From positions 62,001-126,000 of the IMG/VR virus record IMGVR_UViG_3300042934_000980: a stretch of DNA of 64,000 bases; one strand, 5' to 3'. Position 1 is the stretch's first letter, and the number at the start of each line of letters is the position of its first letter. Positions 18,844 to 28,724 of the stretch are shown here, piece after piece. Made by a program: the position numbers and the translations under genes. A model generated the notes under the pieces. That model ran no database searches, was not told the origin of the DNA, and saw only the letters and a list, made by a program, of their open reading frames with translations.

Positions 18844-20853
18844 TTAGCCGAACGACTGATTCAGGCCGTAGGAGGCGCTGATGTTGCTGCCGTTCGGGTT
18901 GTTGGAACCCACAGACGCGTAGGTTGCCAGACCGGCGCCCGGTGCGTACACCAGGTTGTTGGTGCGGAAGCTGCCCAGGTTGTTGGCGACGTTCAGAGTA
19001 CCGATGCCGTCCATTGCTTCGCCGATTGCCGACATCAGCAGCGGATCCCAGATGTGAGTCTGGGAGAACGAGTTGATGTGCACCGCGCCGTCGAAGACGG
19101 ATTGGTTCAGCTCGATACGCAGCTTCTGGCAACGCGCCTTGAAGTCTTCCTGGGTCATGCCGTACTGGGTGGCCAGGTATTGCTGGATGGCCTGAGTACC
19201 GCCTTTGCCCTTGAGGTGACCGAGCATCATCTCGTCCAGCTCCTGGGTGTTCAGCTTCTTGCCACCGATCTCGGCCAGGCCGTTCACGGTGATCACCGGA
19301 GTACGGTGCAGAACCGGCAGCGATGGGTTCCAGCCGCTGTTGGCCTTGATGTTGCGCTCGATGATCGCGCTGAATGCGTTGTTGGACAGCGCGTTCAGGA
19401 TGGCGACCATGGTCTGCACTTCTTCCTTGCGGTTCTTGCCAGCCAGACCGACCAGGAAGTTCTGGATCGGTGCATGCGGGCCGCACGGGTTGATGTTGAC
19501 CTGGAAGGTTGCATGCGGGCTGACGTTCTGACGGATCCACTGGTTCACCAGATCGGTGTCGGATACGGTCTTCTCGGTCAGCACGATGCGGTTCGGGATC
19601 ACGCCGACTTGCGCCAGCATCTCGTCGATACGCACTTCCAGGTTGGCCAGGTTACCGCGAGCGCCGACACTTTGCTTGCGCAGAGCTTCAGCGAACACGA
19701 AGTTGTTGTTGGTCGACATCAGCAGGTACAGACCGAAGAAGTACGGGTACAGACCTTGGTTGTACGACATCATCTCACCAGCCACCGCTTCTTCGATGGT
19801 GATGACCGGCGCCAGAGGACGGTAGCCCTGTGGGTAGATACCGCCGCCCAGGTTCATCATGCGCTGCAGAGCTTCCTGCTGCTGACGACCGCTGCTCGCT
19901 TGCAGACCGGCAATGTAAGCCTGGAACGATTGCGCGTTCAGGGAAACGGTTGCGGTCACACGGGCGATCTCTTTCGAGTTGGCCGACGATGCCTGCTGGT
20001 TGTTGATGTTGTTCATGGTGGAAGCGATCACTTCCATGTTGGCTGCCGACAGAGTCTTGCCAACGGTGACGCGGCCGCTGATGGCCGAGACGCGCGCTTC
20101 AGCATGACCGTCTTTGCCGTACGGAGTGGCCTTGAGGGCGAACGGGGAAGGCAGCTCAACGCCACCCACAGCCAGTTCTTGCGGAACCTTGACCAGGATC
20201 GCTTCTTCCCACTGACCGGTCAGGTAGGCCGCCAGGGTGTGAGCACGGTCTTTGACTTCGCCAGCTTCTGGGTGATCCAGCATTTCCAAGTCGACCACGA
20301 CCAGGTTGATGACGGTAACCAGTTTGCTGCCTTTGGCCTCGCCCACTTTGGTGTAGTGTGCTTTGAGGTTGTCGACCAGGTTTTTGTCAGCGTAGCTAGC
20401 CGGAGGCAGCGGCGCGGATACGGACTGCGAAACGCCGCCGTAGTTCATGCTGTTGACGCGGATGTACTCGGAGCTGATGCACAGCTGACGGTTGGAGAAC
20501 AGCGCACCCATGACGTACATGGTGCCGCCGATTTCGCGGTAGAAGCACAGGCCAGGCAGAACAGGGCTGATCGCAGAGGTCATGTTTTCGACTTCTGGGA
20601 TGATGCGCAGTTGCAGTTCGGCGGTGGTGGAGTTCTTGGCGCGCTTGTAGATTTCTTGGATCTGTTCCAGGGTGTCGGACACTTCGCGCAGGTTGCGGTT
20701 GTCAGAGGTCATGGAAGGGATGGTGAACAGACCGCCGAGGCCGCCTTTAGCCAGACCCGAAGTCAGGGTTGCGTTCGACGCTTCTTCTGCGCTCGGGTTC
20801 TGCTTGTCTTTTTCCCACGAAGAACCTGGGTTGTTGCCAGTATTTACAGCCAT
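18844..20853 (-). CDS. chmA: Chimallin, major phage nuclear shell protein (phiKZ gp54-like)
   Basis: 669 aa from MAVNTG (SD GGAG); strong highly-expressed codon bias; directly upstream of nvRNAP beta' and divergent from the gp52-like gene; own early promoter and terminator. Confidence 0.82.
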   Translation of the reverse strand: MAVNTGNNPGSSWEKDKQNPSAEEASNATLTSGLAKGGLGGLFTIPSMTSDNRNLREVSDTLEQIQEIYKRAKNSTTAELQLRIIPEVENMTSAISPVLPGLCFYREIGGTMYVMGALFSNRQLCISSEYIRVNSMNYGGVSQSVSAPLPPASYADKNLVDNLKAHYTKVGEAKGSKLVTVINLVVVDLEMLDHPEAGEVKDRAHTLAAYLTGQWEEAILVKVPQELAVGGVELPSPFALKATPYGKDGHAEARVSAISGRVTVGKTLSAANMEVIASTMNNINNQQASSANSKEIARVTATVSLNAQSFQAYIAGLQASSGRQQQEALQRMMNLGGGIYPQGYRPLAPVITIEEAVAGEMMSYNQGLYPYFFGLYLLMSTNNNFVFAEALRKQSVGARGNLANLEVRIDEMLAQVGVIPNRIVLTEKTVSDTDLVNQWIRQNVSPHATFQVNINPCGPHAPIQNFLVGLAGKNRKEEVQTMVAILNALSNNAFSAIIERNIKANSGWNPSLPVLHRTPVITVNGLAEIGGKKLNTQELDEMMLGHLKGKGGTQAIQQYLATQYGMTQEDFKARCQKLRIELNQSVFDGAVHINSFSQTHIWDPLLMSAIGEAMDGIGTLNVANNLGSFRTNNLVYAPGAGLATYASVGSNNPNGSNISASYGLNQSFG

Positions 20854-20951
20854 GGTGTTACTCCATTTGCTCTGAAGAATTTGGGTTAGGTAGTGCTGAA
20901 TCGTGTTGGTGTGATGCGTCAACTATAGATCTTCTAACGATTCACCCCTAA

Positions 20952-20970
20952 ATGATATAGGCGTCAAATA
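20952..20970 (-). promoter_or_regulatory. Early promoter of chmA
   Basis: Minus strand TATTTGACGCCTATATCAT. Confidence 0.7.
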
Positions 20971-21075
20971 TTCTAGGCCCACACCAAAATTGGTAAATTG
21001 CGCTATGGATCCCTCCTGAATTTCTTCAGGAGTCGTAGTTGTGTATAACATAGAACATAAATTGGAAAATTACTC

Positions 21076-22182
21076 ATGCTCACTTTGTCACTACCGAAGC
21101 CGAGTAACTTTGTTTATCCCACAACAAGGTTCGGACGGCTCAACGATGTGCGTCGGCATGCCGACTTTAACCGCAAGGCTTTTCGCGACTATGTGAGTAT
21201 GAACGCGCTGGATCTTGAGAATCAGCACATGCTGGTAGGATTGCTCCAACAGTTAAGTATTGATCCTGCATGGGACCTTCGCTACGTAGTTGAGTACACG
21301 CGCTTTCGGTCTAATTCATTGTGCACCCTGTTTAAGATTACCTCCATCAGTCATGTGGGGGAAGCGACCTACGCAGGGTTCTACCGTGAGGGGGTACGCG
21401 AACACTGGGTGCTTCTGGAAAAGGACTACGATTATAGCAAGCCGTTTGATCTGGAGTACAGCCAACCGATCGTGCCGCTCTACTCCACAGTCACCGCGCA
21501 CAGCTATAAACATAACGTGCAGCGCAAGACCTTCAAGCAAGTACCACCTGAGGACATTGCCATCATTGGGGTGAACCTTGTGGAGCTGGCCGTGGGTTGG
21601 TGGCACTACATGCAGGCGCCGGAGAACGACGGCACCGGTATCAGCCGTTACCTGTGTCAAGGCCCCTTGATCAACGCCCAGCTGATCCAGAACCAACTGG
21701 CCATCCAGAACGTGATGTACGAGCACTTGGTCAAGCACGGGGAGTTGAAGGAACTCATCCATACTGACAACGTGACCTTCATCACCAGCGCTGAGAAACC
21801 GTTGCTGGTTGACTACTGCACCTTTCTGGCTGATCGGCTAACGGCGAACCGGATGGTGGACCTCGGTCAGGTGGTCGATCGGTTTGACAGCCTGTACACC
21901 CGACCGTTCTTTAACTACCACCTTGCCGGGCGCAATGCCTTGTTTGCCCAAACCTCGTGGGCGTTTGAACCCCAAGTGTTGCAGTTGTACGCCATCTACT
22001 TGGCCGTGGCTAATGCCGGGGGTTACCGTGCCAGCGACATCACCAGCCGCATTGATCGAGCCTATCAAGGGATCCAGCAAAACTACCGCCGGCTTCAAGA
22101 TGACTACTTTCAAGCCCAGTTGTCAGCACTCGCTACACAGGTGTTTGAACTGAGTAAAGAGAACTTAGGCATAAAAGCATAG
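21076..22182 (+). CDS. Virion structural protein (phiKZ gp52-like)
   Basis: 368 aa on the opposite strand between chmA and the DNA polymerase cluster; synteny. Confidence 0.6.
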   Translation: MLTLSLPKPSNFVYPTTRFGRLNDVRRHADFNRKAFRDYVSMNALDLENQHMLVGLLQQLSIDPAWDLRYVVEYTRFRSNSLCTLFKITSISHVGEATYAGFYREGVREHWVLLEKDYDYSKPFDLEYSQPIVPLYSTVTAHSYKHNVQRKTFKQVPPEDIAIIGVNLVELAVGWWHYMQAPENDGTGISRYLCQGPLINAQLIQNQLAIQNVMYEHLVKHGELKELIHTDNVTFITSAEKPLLVDYCTFLADRLTANRMVDLGQVVDRFDSLYTRPFFNYHLAGRNALFAQTSWAFEPQVLQLYAIYLAVANAGGYRASDITSRIDRAYQGIQQNYRRLQDDYFQAQLSALATQVFELSKENLGIKA

Positions 22183-22309
22183 GTTTGGCTCAACAATCTA
22201 TGGGAGAGTCCACTGGTTAACACCGGAGGCTCATGCCCGAGAGATAATTAAAAATGGTTAAAGAACCTACTTTGAGGAGGCAGGCTTTAGGCCTCCTCCT
22301 CGTAGTGGG

Positions 22310-22693
22310 TTATGTTTGCTTGGGTGGTTTTGGGGTTAAGTCGGTAAGAGGTACAGATGTCACAAAGAACCAAAAACCGTTCTCTTTGGAGAGGGTGAAC
22401 TCTTCGATCAATTTACGACCCAGATCGGTACTGACCACCTCTACCTTGTTGCGGACGTCACATACCACACGAAGCTTGCGACCTTCAACATCGGTGATAT
22501 GCATCACCGTAAACGGATCCAGCGGACACTTGCAATCCGGCTGGTTAAATTTCAGAATGATGGGAAAGTCGGCAGGGTTTTTGGTTTCGTCAGGTATCGG
22601 ATTACCCAGGCAATCGCCGGTGATCTGCGGTTGATCAACATAGTAACCGTGAGGGCCTTTCTTGATAGTAGTAGCAGCAATTGGCATAGGCAT
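22310..22693 (-). CDS. Hypothetical protein
   Basis: 127-aa ORF in a tightly packed operon. Confidence 0.55.
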   Translation of the reverse strand: MPMPIAATTIKKGPHGYYVDQPQITGDCLGNPIPDETKNPADFPIILKFNQPDCKCPLDPFTVMHITDVEGRKLRVVCDVRNKVEVVSTDLGRKLIEEFTLSKENGFWFFVTSVPLTDLTPKPPKQT

Positions 22694-22697
22694 GCGG

Positions 22698-23021
22698 TCA
22701 CCATTTCATGAATTGGTCGTATTGATCGGGGTGGACCACGATGTAAGGGAGCAGGTGTGGATTAACCAACCTGAAAAACATCGGGATCTTGTCGATGGTT
22801 TGTGCATACAGGATGTGTTCTTGATTACCCAACATGTACCTGACTGTGACCGCAGAGTTAACGGTGGTCCATGTGTTGGGTATGGTTACCACCTCCCCTA
22901 CAAACGAGGTCCGTAAGAACTCACCAAATAGGAAAGGACCCTCTCCTGCGAATTGCAGTCCACTGACCTTATCAATGAACAGAGTAAGATCTTCATCGTC
23001 TTTGGTAGATTTGAGTAGCAT
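22698..23021 (-). CDS. Hypothetical protein
   Basis: 107 aa, SD AAGGAG. Confidence 0.6.
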   Translation of the reverse strand: MLLKSTKDDEDLTLFIDKVSGLQFAGEGPFLFGEFLRTSFVGEVVTIPNTWTTVNSAVTVRYMLGNQEHILYAQTIDKIPMFFRLVNPHLLPYIVVHPDQYDQFMKW

Positions 23022-23032
23022 ACGTCATCTCC

Positions 23033-23479
23033 TTAGAACTCGACGGCATCCCAAATAGGGGTTCCGTAGATGAGCTTAACTTTGGACAAGGTATCCTTGC
23101 TCAGGATAATGTCGGTGAGTTCACGCTCTGCCAATTGAGGGAACGTTACTCGGCGCAGTTTGGAGATCAGCATGTGCTCGCGATTCTCCAAGATAACGTT
23201 TATCGGTAAATCCAAATGCAGGTCAATAGCCCTGCCTCCTTCATCCGTGGCATGGATGCAATCTACGTGCGCTGCTGTTGCGTCGAATGCATCTTCGGCA
23301 GAGCGCCATGCCACAAAAGCAATGACCTCATCGACCCGAATATTACCGTGCATAGCAGCGTGGTGACCGTTAGGGCCGTTGCTGTAATACCCGTAAACAC
23401 CTTTGATCAACCGGGCGTCGTCTTCGCGCATCCCGGTAATCTTTTCAAACTTGCGGCTGAACCAACCCCGTTTAGGCAT
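23033..23479 (-). CDS. Hypothetical protein
   Basis: 148 aa, SD AGGAG. Confidence 0.6.
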   Translation of the reverse strand: MPKRGWFSRKFEKITGMREDDARLIKGVYGYYSNGPNGHHAAMHGNIRVDEVIAFVAWRSAEDAFDATAAHVDCIHATDEGGRAIDLHLDLPINVILENREHMLISKLRRVTFPQLAERELTDIILSKDTLSKVKLIYGTPIWDAVEF

Positions 23480-23491
23480 ACCTATCTCCTG

Positions 23492-23830
23492 TTAGCGTGT
23501 CATACGGTAGGCTGCTTCAAACACCTCACGGGTAACAGCTACCTCGTACTTGGTGGACGGGGAGTACTGTTCGAGTAAGTTCATTGCGCTTCGCAAACTG
23601 GAGGGGCAAGGCGCGTAGATCTCATAGCCACTGCCGTCCAGAATGCGGATCCTTGAATCGGCAAGGCACAGGATATGGTCACCCTCTTCTAGCTCGGTGC
23701 ACTCAGAGAGATAGTTACGGATATCCCCCTCACCTTTGGCGCCGAAATGCATGCCTGTACTGTTGTGCCGGTAGAGCACGATGCCTTCAGGGTTGACGGT
23801 AGGTAACGCCACTTTACGTCCAATAGCCAT
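23492..23830 (-). CDS. Hypothetical protein
   Basis: 112 aa, SD AAGGA. Confidence 0.6.
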   Translation of the reverse strand: MAIGRKVALPTVNPEGIVLYRHNSTGMHFGAKGEGDIRNYLSECTELEEGDHILCLADSRIRILDGSGYEIYAPCPSSLRSAMNLLEQYSPSTKYEVAVTREVFEAAYRMTR

Positions 23831-23873
23831 AATAATCCTTAAGGGATGAGGTCACCCCTCATCCCTGTATTGG

Positions 23874-25952
23874 TTAATGTTCGTCTGAGACCAAACGAGT
23901 GGTTTTGCTGTTCATGATAAACAAGCCCAGGGTTTCCAGAATGGCGTAGATGGACTTGAAGTTCTGCGAGATCAACAAACGGACGTCCACAATCGGAAGG
24001 ATCTCCTCAGGGATACCGCCTAAGGCAATCATCAGGTCCGTGGGGATGTACGCTGAGGTCAGTGAACTGCGGGCACTGATAAACGACTCCAGACGAGCCA
24101 CCACTGCATTGCTCCGGTGCGCGTCAAAGAAGCGTTTGATCTTGGTCTTGTTAGAGAGATCCAAGTTGACCTTGTACGCTTTATACGGCAGTTCAGGGGC
24201 CTTGCCGTACTTCTCTGCAAACACTTGCTCCCACATCTCGTGGTAGAAGTAGATCGAGGAGTCTGGGGTGCTGTACGCAGATTCTTCTTTGATCCCGTTC
24301 TTGGTCAACCAGGTGTAGCCACCTTCTTCGATGTCCTTGATCAAGTTGCGCTCGATGTTGCCCACTTCATGCAGCAGCTGCGCCGCATCGAGTTGCCGGC
24401 GGTCGTACAACGCGTCCAAGATATCACGCATCAGCTTGTTGGTGAACTCTCGCACCTTCAAGGCAATCTTCACGCCGCGCAAGTGCACCCCTTTAAGCTC
24501 CAAGTCCGGCTCATCGTTCAACACCCCTTCGACCATCAGCTGCAGGGCAAAGTAGTGCTTGGACATCGAGGTCGTCACGTAAGAAGCAAACAAGAACTCG
24601 TTCTTCATGTTCAGGCGATACAAGTACTTGTTCGCCACGTTCATGTTCTTGCTCAGCCGCGCGTGCTGATCCACCGCAATGCAGCGGATGAAATAGGTCA
24701 ACACCCCGTTCAAAGCCAAGATCGAATCCGGACCGTTGGCGATGTCATCAATGATGAGGTCAACGCTGTAGATCGAGGAGTCGGTGTCGGAGGTCACCAC
24801 GCTTTCACGCACCAACTCTTTAACGTCAAAGAGTCCGGTTGGGGGAATCCTAGACTTTAAGAACGCCTTGATGAACTTCCCGTACTTAAACTCCAGTGCT
24901 ACGTGGTGGGCGTTCAAGTGGTTCATCGCCAGGGCTTTAGCCCCTTTGGGCAACTTGGTGACGCACAGGTTCTTGTAGTCGCCATTACCAGGCTTGGGGA
25001 AGTCCTCGGCCACAGCGTCTTCAGGGATCTTAGGCACCGCCGCCCATTCAGCAAAGAACTGCTTCATGTACACCGGGTTGGTGGTGTACAACCCGCGCAA
25101 GTCCATGCAGCACAAGAGGATCGTCAGTTCCAGCTTGTTCAAGCTTTCCAGAAACAGCTTGATGGCTTGCAGCTTGGATTCGTTGCGCCAGTAGTAGTGG
25201 GTGCAACGCCTGACCATGTCAAACACTTGGTCAACGGTTGCGTAATTCAACTGGTTCTCGGTAATGACCTCTTGGATCAACTTCTGATCCGCGCACTTAA
25301 GCTGGGCAATGAAGTATTCCATTGTCCGGTTGTAACTGAGCAGCAAGCGGTTACCGGTGATCAGTCGCTCGTTGGTCAAGTTCGCCGTACTGGTCAGTGC
25401 CCGGGTGGTGCTGGTCAGGGACGTATGGCCCGATTTGTTAAACAGCGGGGTACCCGAAGACGACATGCCGCCAGACTGGGCGTTGTTAAAGATCTTCAGG
25501 GCGTTCTGGATTTCGTTGAAGGCGGTGTACAGTTCACCGTGCTTGGGTACTTCTGAGCGCTTGTGTTTGTACAGACGACGGTGGTCAATAAAGATCTCAG
25601 TGCCCGAGGCGTTGACCGATTGTTCCTCGTTACTGTTTTTGTACGCTACCAACGACGGGGAAAGGTGCCAGTTGTTTTCCTCCACCTTGGTGAAGAACTC
25701 GCGGGCAGGCATCACCACCGGCACCCGGTCGCCGTGCTTGTTCTTTTCAAACACCCGGAACTTGGCTTCTTTAAAGCCGTTCTCGTTGGGCACGAAAATT
25801 TGCTGCATCAGTTCGAGTAGGTAGTCTTCGTCCCAGTTGTAGACCTTGGACAAAAACAGCGCCGCTTGACGGTGATAGTGCTTCAATACGTTACGGTCAG
25901 CTTTGTATACGCCCTCGACAAAAGGCGACATCTGTTGCACTTGAGCGCCCAT
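23874..25952 (-). CDS. Family B DNA polymerase, catalytic subunit (phiKZ gp50-like, split polymerase)
   Basis: QNALKIFNNAQSG (motif B), SDTDS (motif C), KHYFA and ELKGV. Confidence 0.9.
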   Translation of the reverse strand: MGAQVQQMSPFVEGVYKADRNVLKHYHRQAALFLSKVYNWDEDYLLELMQQIFVPNENGFKEAKFRVFEKNKHGDRVPVVMPAREFFTKVEENNWHLSPSLVAYKNSNEEQSVNASGTEIFIDHRRLYKHKRSEVPKHGELYTAFNEIQNALKIFNNAQSGGMSSSGTPLFNKSGHTSLTSTTRALTSTANLTNERLITGNRLLLSYNRTMEYFIAQLKCADQKLIQEVITENQLNYATVDQVFDMVRRCTHYYWRNESKLQAIKLFLESLNKLELTILLCCMDLRGLYTTNPVYMKQFFAEWAAVPKIPEDAVAEDFPKPGNGDYKNLCVTKLPKGAKALAMNHLNAHHVALEFKYGKFIKAFLKSRIPPTGLFDVKELVRESVVTSDTDSSIYSVDLIIDDIANGPDSILALNGVLTYFIRCIAVDQHARLSKNMNVANKYLYRLNMKNEFLFASYVTTSMSKHYFALQLMVEGVLNDEPDLELKGVHLRGVKIALKVREFTNKLMRDILDALYDRRQLDAAQLLHEVGNIERNLIKDIEEGGYTWLTKNGIKEESAYSTPDSSIYFYHEMWEQVFAEKYGKAPELPYKAYKVNLDLSNKTKIKRFFDAHRSNAVVARLESFISARSSLTSAYIPTDLMIALGGIPEEILPIVDVRLLISQNFKSIYAILETLGLFIMNSKTTRLVSDEH

Positions 25953-26052
25953 AAGTCCTCGCTTCGGAAAATGTCGTTAACACTAAAAAATAGAAGATGG
26001 CAAAAATAAAAATAAATCTACGCCCTCTACGAATAGAGAGCGTAGTTTTTGG

Positions 26053-26469
26053 TTACGTTTCTGTGCCGGTGATGGTGTAGCTGGCGCCCAGGTTTTTCAG
26101 GAAGGTCAGCAGCGGCCCTCTGAACTCTTCGCGGAAGTTGGTGATCTGGATGGTTTCGATCCGACCGTCAACAATACGGTAGGTCGCCTCCTTGATCCAC
26201 GGCACACCGATGACTTCGATGGCGCCGTTGGCCAGCTGGAAGGTTACGTACTTGTACGCACTGGGGTTGTCGATGCCACCGACCGCGTCCTTGAAATACG
26301 GGAACAAGGTGGTGTGCTTGACGTTGAGCTGGGGGTCGATCAGCTTAGCAGTCTGGTAGTCCACGTCTGCTGCCGACACCCGCACCTGCACACGCTCATC
26401 GCCCAGCAGGCCATTTTGCACCAGCTGGAAACTGACAATGTCGCCAGATTTGGGGGTTGCAATTGCCAT
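26053..26469 (-). CDS. Conserved SH3-fold-like protein (phiKZ gp49-like)
   Basis: GDIVSF...VIGVPWI pattern; upstream of the DNA polymerase. Confidence 0.6.
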   Translation of the reverse strand: MAIATPKSGDIVSFQLVQNGLLGDERVQVRVSAADVDYQTAKLIDPQLNVKHTTLFPYFKDAVGGIDNPSAYKYVTFQLANGAIEVIGVPWIKEATYRIVDGRIETIQITNFREEFRGPLLTFLKNLGASYTITGTET

Positions 26470-26485
26470 AGGGAACAAAGCTCCT

Positions 26486-26809
26486 TCAGTATTCGACTTC
26501 GATCAGGACCAAGGGTAGGGTATACACCTGGCCTTCGCTGCGCACCACCCGGCCGGCTGAGTGGGTGACATGAACGTCCACCACTGCACCGTGCAGGTAA
26601 TCGCGCAGCATGATTTGGGTAAGGGTTGGATCACGATCGTCCTCCCGCTCATCCATCAGCCGATCTACGTGGTCTACCAGAACACCCCTGTAATGATGAA
26701 AGATCGCCATGTCGGGGAGTGCATCGTCCTGGCTACCAGGGTCGTAGTTGTGCTGAAGGTGATAAGCCAGTTGTTCGTAATCCAGTCCCGCAACATGCGT
26801 TCGTCTCAT
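26486..26809 (-). CDS. Hypothetical protein (gp43-48-like cluster)
   Basis: Start MRRTHV; tightly packed operon. Confidence 0.55.
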   Translation of the reverse strand: MRRTHVAGLDYEQLAYHLQHNYDPGSQDDALPDMAIFHHYRGVLVDHVDRLMDEREDDRDPTLTQIMLRDYLHGAVVDVHVTHSAGRVVRSEGQVYTLPLVLIEVEY

Positions 26810-26813
26810 AGAA

Positions 26814-27110
26814 CTACTCGTTGTAACTGAACACAAAGACCACCTGACTCCCGTGCATCCGGGTGTCTGTCAACGTGAGCTCACCGTGATTCATTCCCAT
26901 GATAGAGAGAAGGTTCATGGTGGAAAAGAACTCGTTGGTCAGCTTGGTGTTCTCGTGTTCAATGGGATGTGTAAAACAGGCCTGGGGCTCGAAAGGCATG
27001 GTAGCTTTGATCCCGATTTGTAGGAACAAGCTGAGGTAGGCCCCCATCATTTCCGGCACGTCCGTCAGCGCCGGTATGCTCACTTGGTGGCTGAAGTATT
27101 TCGTGGCCAT
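26814..27110 (-). CDS. Hypothetical protein (gp43-48-like cluster)
   Basis: MATKYF with SD GGAG; overlaps the upstream gene. Confidence 0.55.
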   Translation of the reverse strand: MATKYFSHQVSIPALTDVPEMMGAYLSLFLQIGIKATMPFEPQACFTHPIEHENTKLTNEFFSTMNLLSIMGMNHGELTLTDTRMHGSQVVFVFSYNE

Positions 27111-27423
27111 CAATTATCTCCAACATGATTGCGTACGGTAACACCCGCCAGGAGATGAGCTCCATGCTAGCTGAGTACGCCCTTACATGATTGACCAGTT
27201 CAGTTAAAAGACCCCCGGCTTGCATCACCAACATGGTGCACGCCAAAGGCTCTAGGTCCATTTCGCTTATGACGTCTTCCACCGTAACGTCAAACGGCAT
27301 ACCGGGCATCTTCCACGCCTCAACCAACCCGAACAGGATGTTAAGCATCTCATGTTGGGTAAAGCCCAGCTGCTGGAAGATCGAGGGTATCGCCCCCAAA
27401 GGGATCGACTTGTAATGAGTCAT
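26959..27423 (-). CDS. Hypothetical protein (gp43-48-like cluster)
   Basis: MTHYKS with SD AGGGAG. Confidence 0.55.
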   Translation of the reverse strand: MTHYKSIPLGAIPSIFQQLGFTQHEMLNILFGLVEAWKMPGMPFDVTVEDVISEMDLEPLACTMLVMQAGGLLTELVNHVRAYSASMELISWRVLPYAIMLEIIDGHEILQPPSEHTGADGRAGNDGGLPQLVPTNRDQSYHAFRAPGLFYTSH

Positions 27424-27835
27424 CTTCAAACTCCCTTGGGTCTAATCCAATCAACACGTCGTAGTTCCACAAAATGCGGTAACCAAAACGATGCTCGATC
27501 TGGGTGGTGGGTAAAATGCGGGTAACTTGGGTGTGCAACGCCGATACAATGTTTTGAACAATTTCTGCACGGTCTTCAAACAAAGTGTAACGTCGAACTA
27601 AGGCCGTGTTGTAACCGGTTGAATCTAGGGACACACCTTTACCTTGGGCAAACGTGTCCACCCCTAGCTGTAGCATACCTGCAACCAACGCTTCGTGGTC
27701 TTTAAAGCCTGGGGGTAGCCCGGTGCTAGCGCCACCGGTTTCCGTCCTTATCATCTCTAACAAACTGCGCGTTTCGATCTGATAGTAGCGGAGTTCTACG
27801 CTGAGATTGGCGAGAAACGACTCGATCGAGTTCAT
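27350..27835 (-). CDS. Hypothetical protein (gp43-48-like cluster)
   Basis: 161-aa ORF overlapping both neighbours. Confidence 0.55.
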   Translation of the reverse strand: MNSIESFLANLSVELRYYQIETRSLLEMIRTETGGASTGLPPGFKDHEALVAGMLQLGVDTFAQGKGVSLDSTGYNTALVRRYTLFEDRAEIVQNIVSALHTQVTRILPTTQIEHRFGYRILWNYDVLIGLDPREFEDDSLQVDPFGGDTLDLPAAGLYPT

Positions 27836-28280
27836 TGATCAACTCAACTCCGGGGTTGTCTGATACCACGTCCGCAATCTTGGTTTCGCGCACCTTGCGG
27901 GTTTTCTTTTGTTGGGTGGTTTGAACGACAGCTTTAACCGTGGCGTCCAAGTCCATGCAGACAATGGCGCGGTGGTAGGTGTTGCTGAGCTTGCGTTCTT
28001 CCAAGCGGATCTTCATGCGAGGATCCCAGCCGGCGTTACGCATGTCTTGACGAATGCGCTCGACAATGCCCATGACCCGATCATCGACCCGGTTCATCCC
28101 CATCTCCAGCTCGTAGATGTCAATCATGGGCAGCAGCAGCTGTTCGGTCAGGTTTGGCTCGTTGATGATGTCAACCGCTGTTTCTACTAAGCGCAGGGCC
28201 ACGGTCTCGCGAAAGCTGCGGTGTTGTTCCTCAGGAAAGAACAACTCATTGCCCATGACTTTAATGTCAAACATTGACAT
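27726..28280 (-). CDS. Hypothetical protein (gp43-48-like cluster)
   Basis: 184-aa ORF with typical codon bias. Confidence 0.6.
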   Translation of the reverse strand: MSMFDIKVMGNELFFPEEQHRSFRETVALRLVETAVDIINEPNLTEQLLLPMIDIYELEMGMNRVDDRVMGIVERIRQDMRNAGWDPRMKIRLEERKLSNTYHRAIVCMDLDATVKAVVQTTQQKKTRKVRETKIADVVSDNPGVELINELDRVVSRQSQRRTPLLSDRNAQFVRDDKDGNRWR

Positions 28281-28294
28281 ATCCCGTACATCCT

Positions 28295-28591
28295 CTAATA
28301 GGTGAATGTCAGCAGCAACTTACTGCGCTGTCCGCCTAGGCGCCGAAGCGAAACCACGGCGGTACTTGGGATGCCCAAGGTGGCCTTTTCCAGTTCGGTA
28401 TCTAGGCTAAAGATCGTCCCAAATTGATGGGGAACAACCTCGCTAAACGAGTCCACGTTGCTGTAACCCAATTTGCTTAAGGCGTGGGCGACGTCATAAG
28501 CGCCTACAGTCCTCTGTAAGATCGTTTGTTGACTTCCTATAGCCCGACACAGGTTGTAGGATTTTAAGTCGATAGAGAAGCTCTTAGACAC
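28295..28591 (-). CDS. Hypothetical protein
   Basis: 98 aa, GTG start with SD AAGGGG. Confidence 0.55.
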   Translation of the reverse strand: MSKSFSIDLKSYNLCRAIGSQQTILQRTVGAYDVAHALSKLGYSNVDSFSEVVPHQFGTIFSLDTELEKATLGIPSTAVVSLRRLGGQRSKLLLTFTY

Positions 28592-28676
28592 GTTCTAGCC
28601 CCCTTTATGAGTTCAGGTCTATACAAATGCGTTCTGCGGTAATAAATCAGCTATAATAGGAAAACAGAAGAAAGGT

Positions 28677-28710
28677 ATAACCTGGAGGAGCAATTGCTCC
28701 TCCAGGTTAT
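28677..28710 (-). terminator. Perfect 34-bp palindrome, terminator after phuZ
   Basis: ATAACCTGGAGGAGCAATTGCTCCTCCAGGTTAT, followed on the minus strand by a U-rich run. Confidence 0.75.
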
Positions 28711-28724
28711 TTAACCGTCAGGTA

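Noticed and set aside
18824-19540. 238-aa same-strand alternative-frame ORF inside chmA
   Set aside because: R/P/Q/G-rich frameshift shadow; the chmA frame keeps the normal codon bias, unlike the case at 62925-63197
22198-22240. Plus-strand hairpin after TATG downstream of the gp52-like gene
   Set aside because: Short and explainable as a 3' UTR structure beside the convergent terminator; not enough to call an ncRNA
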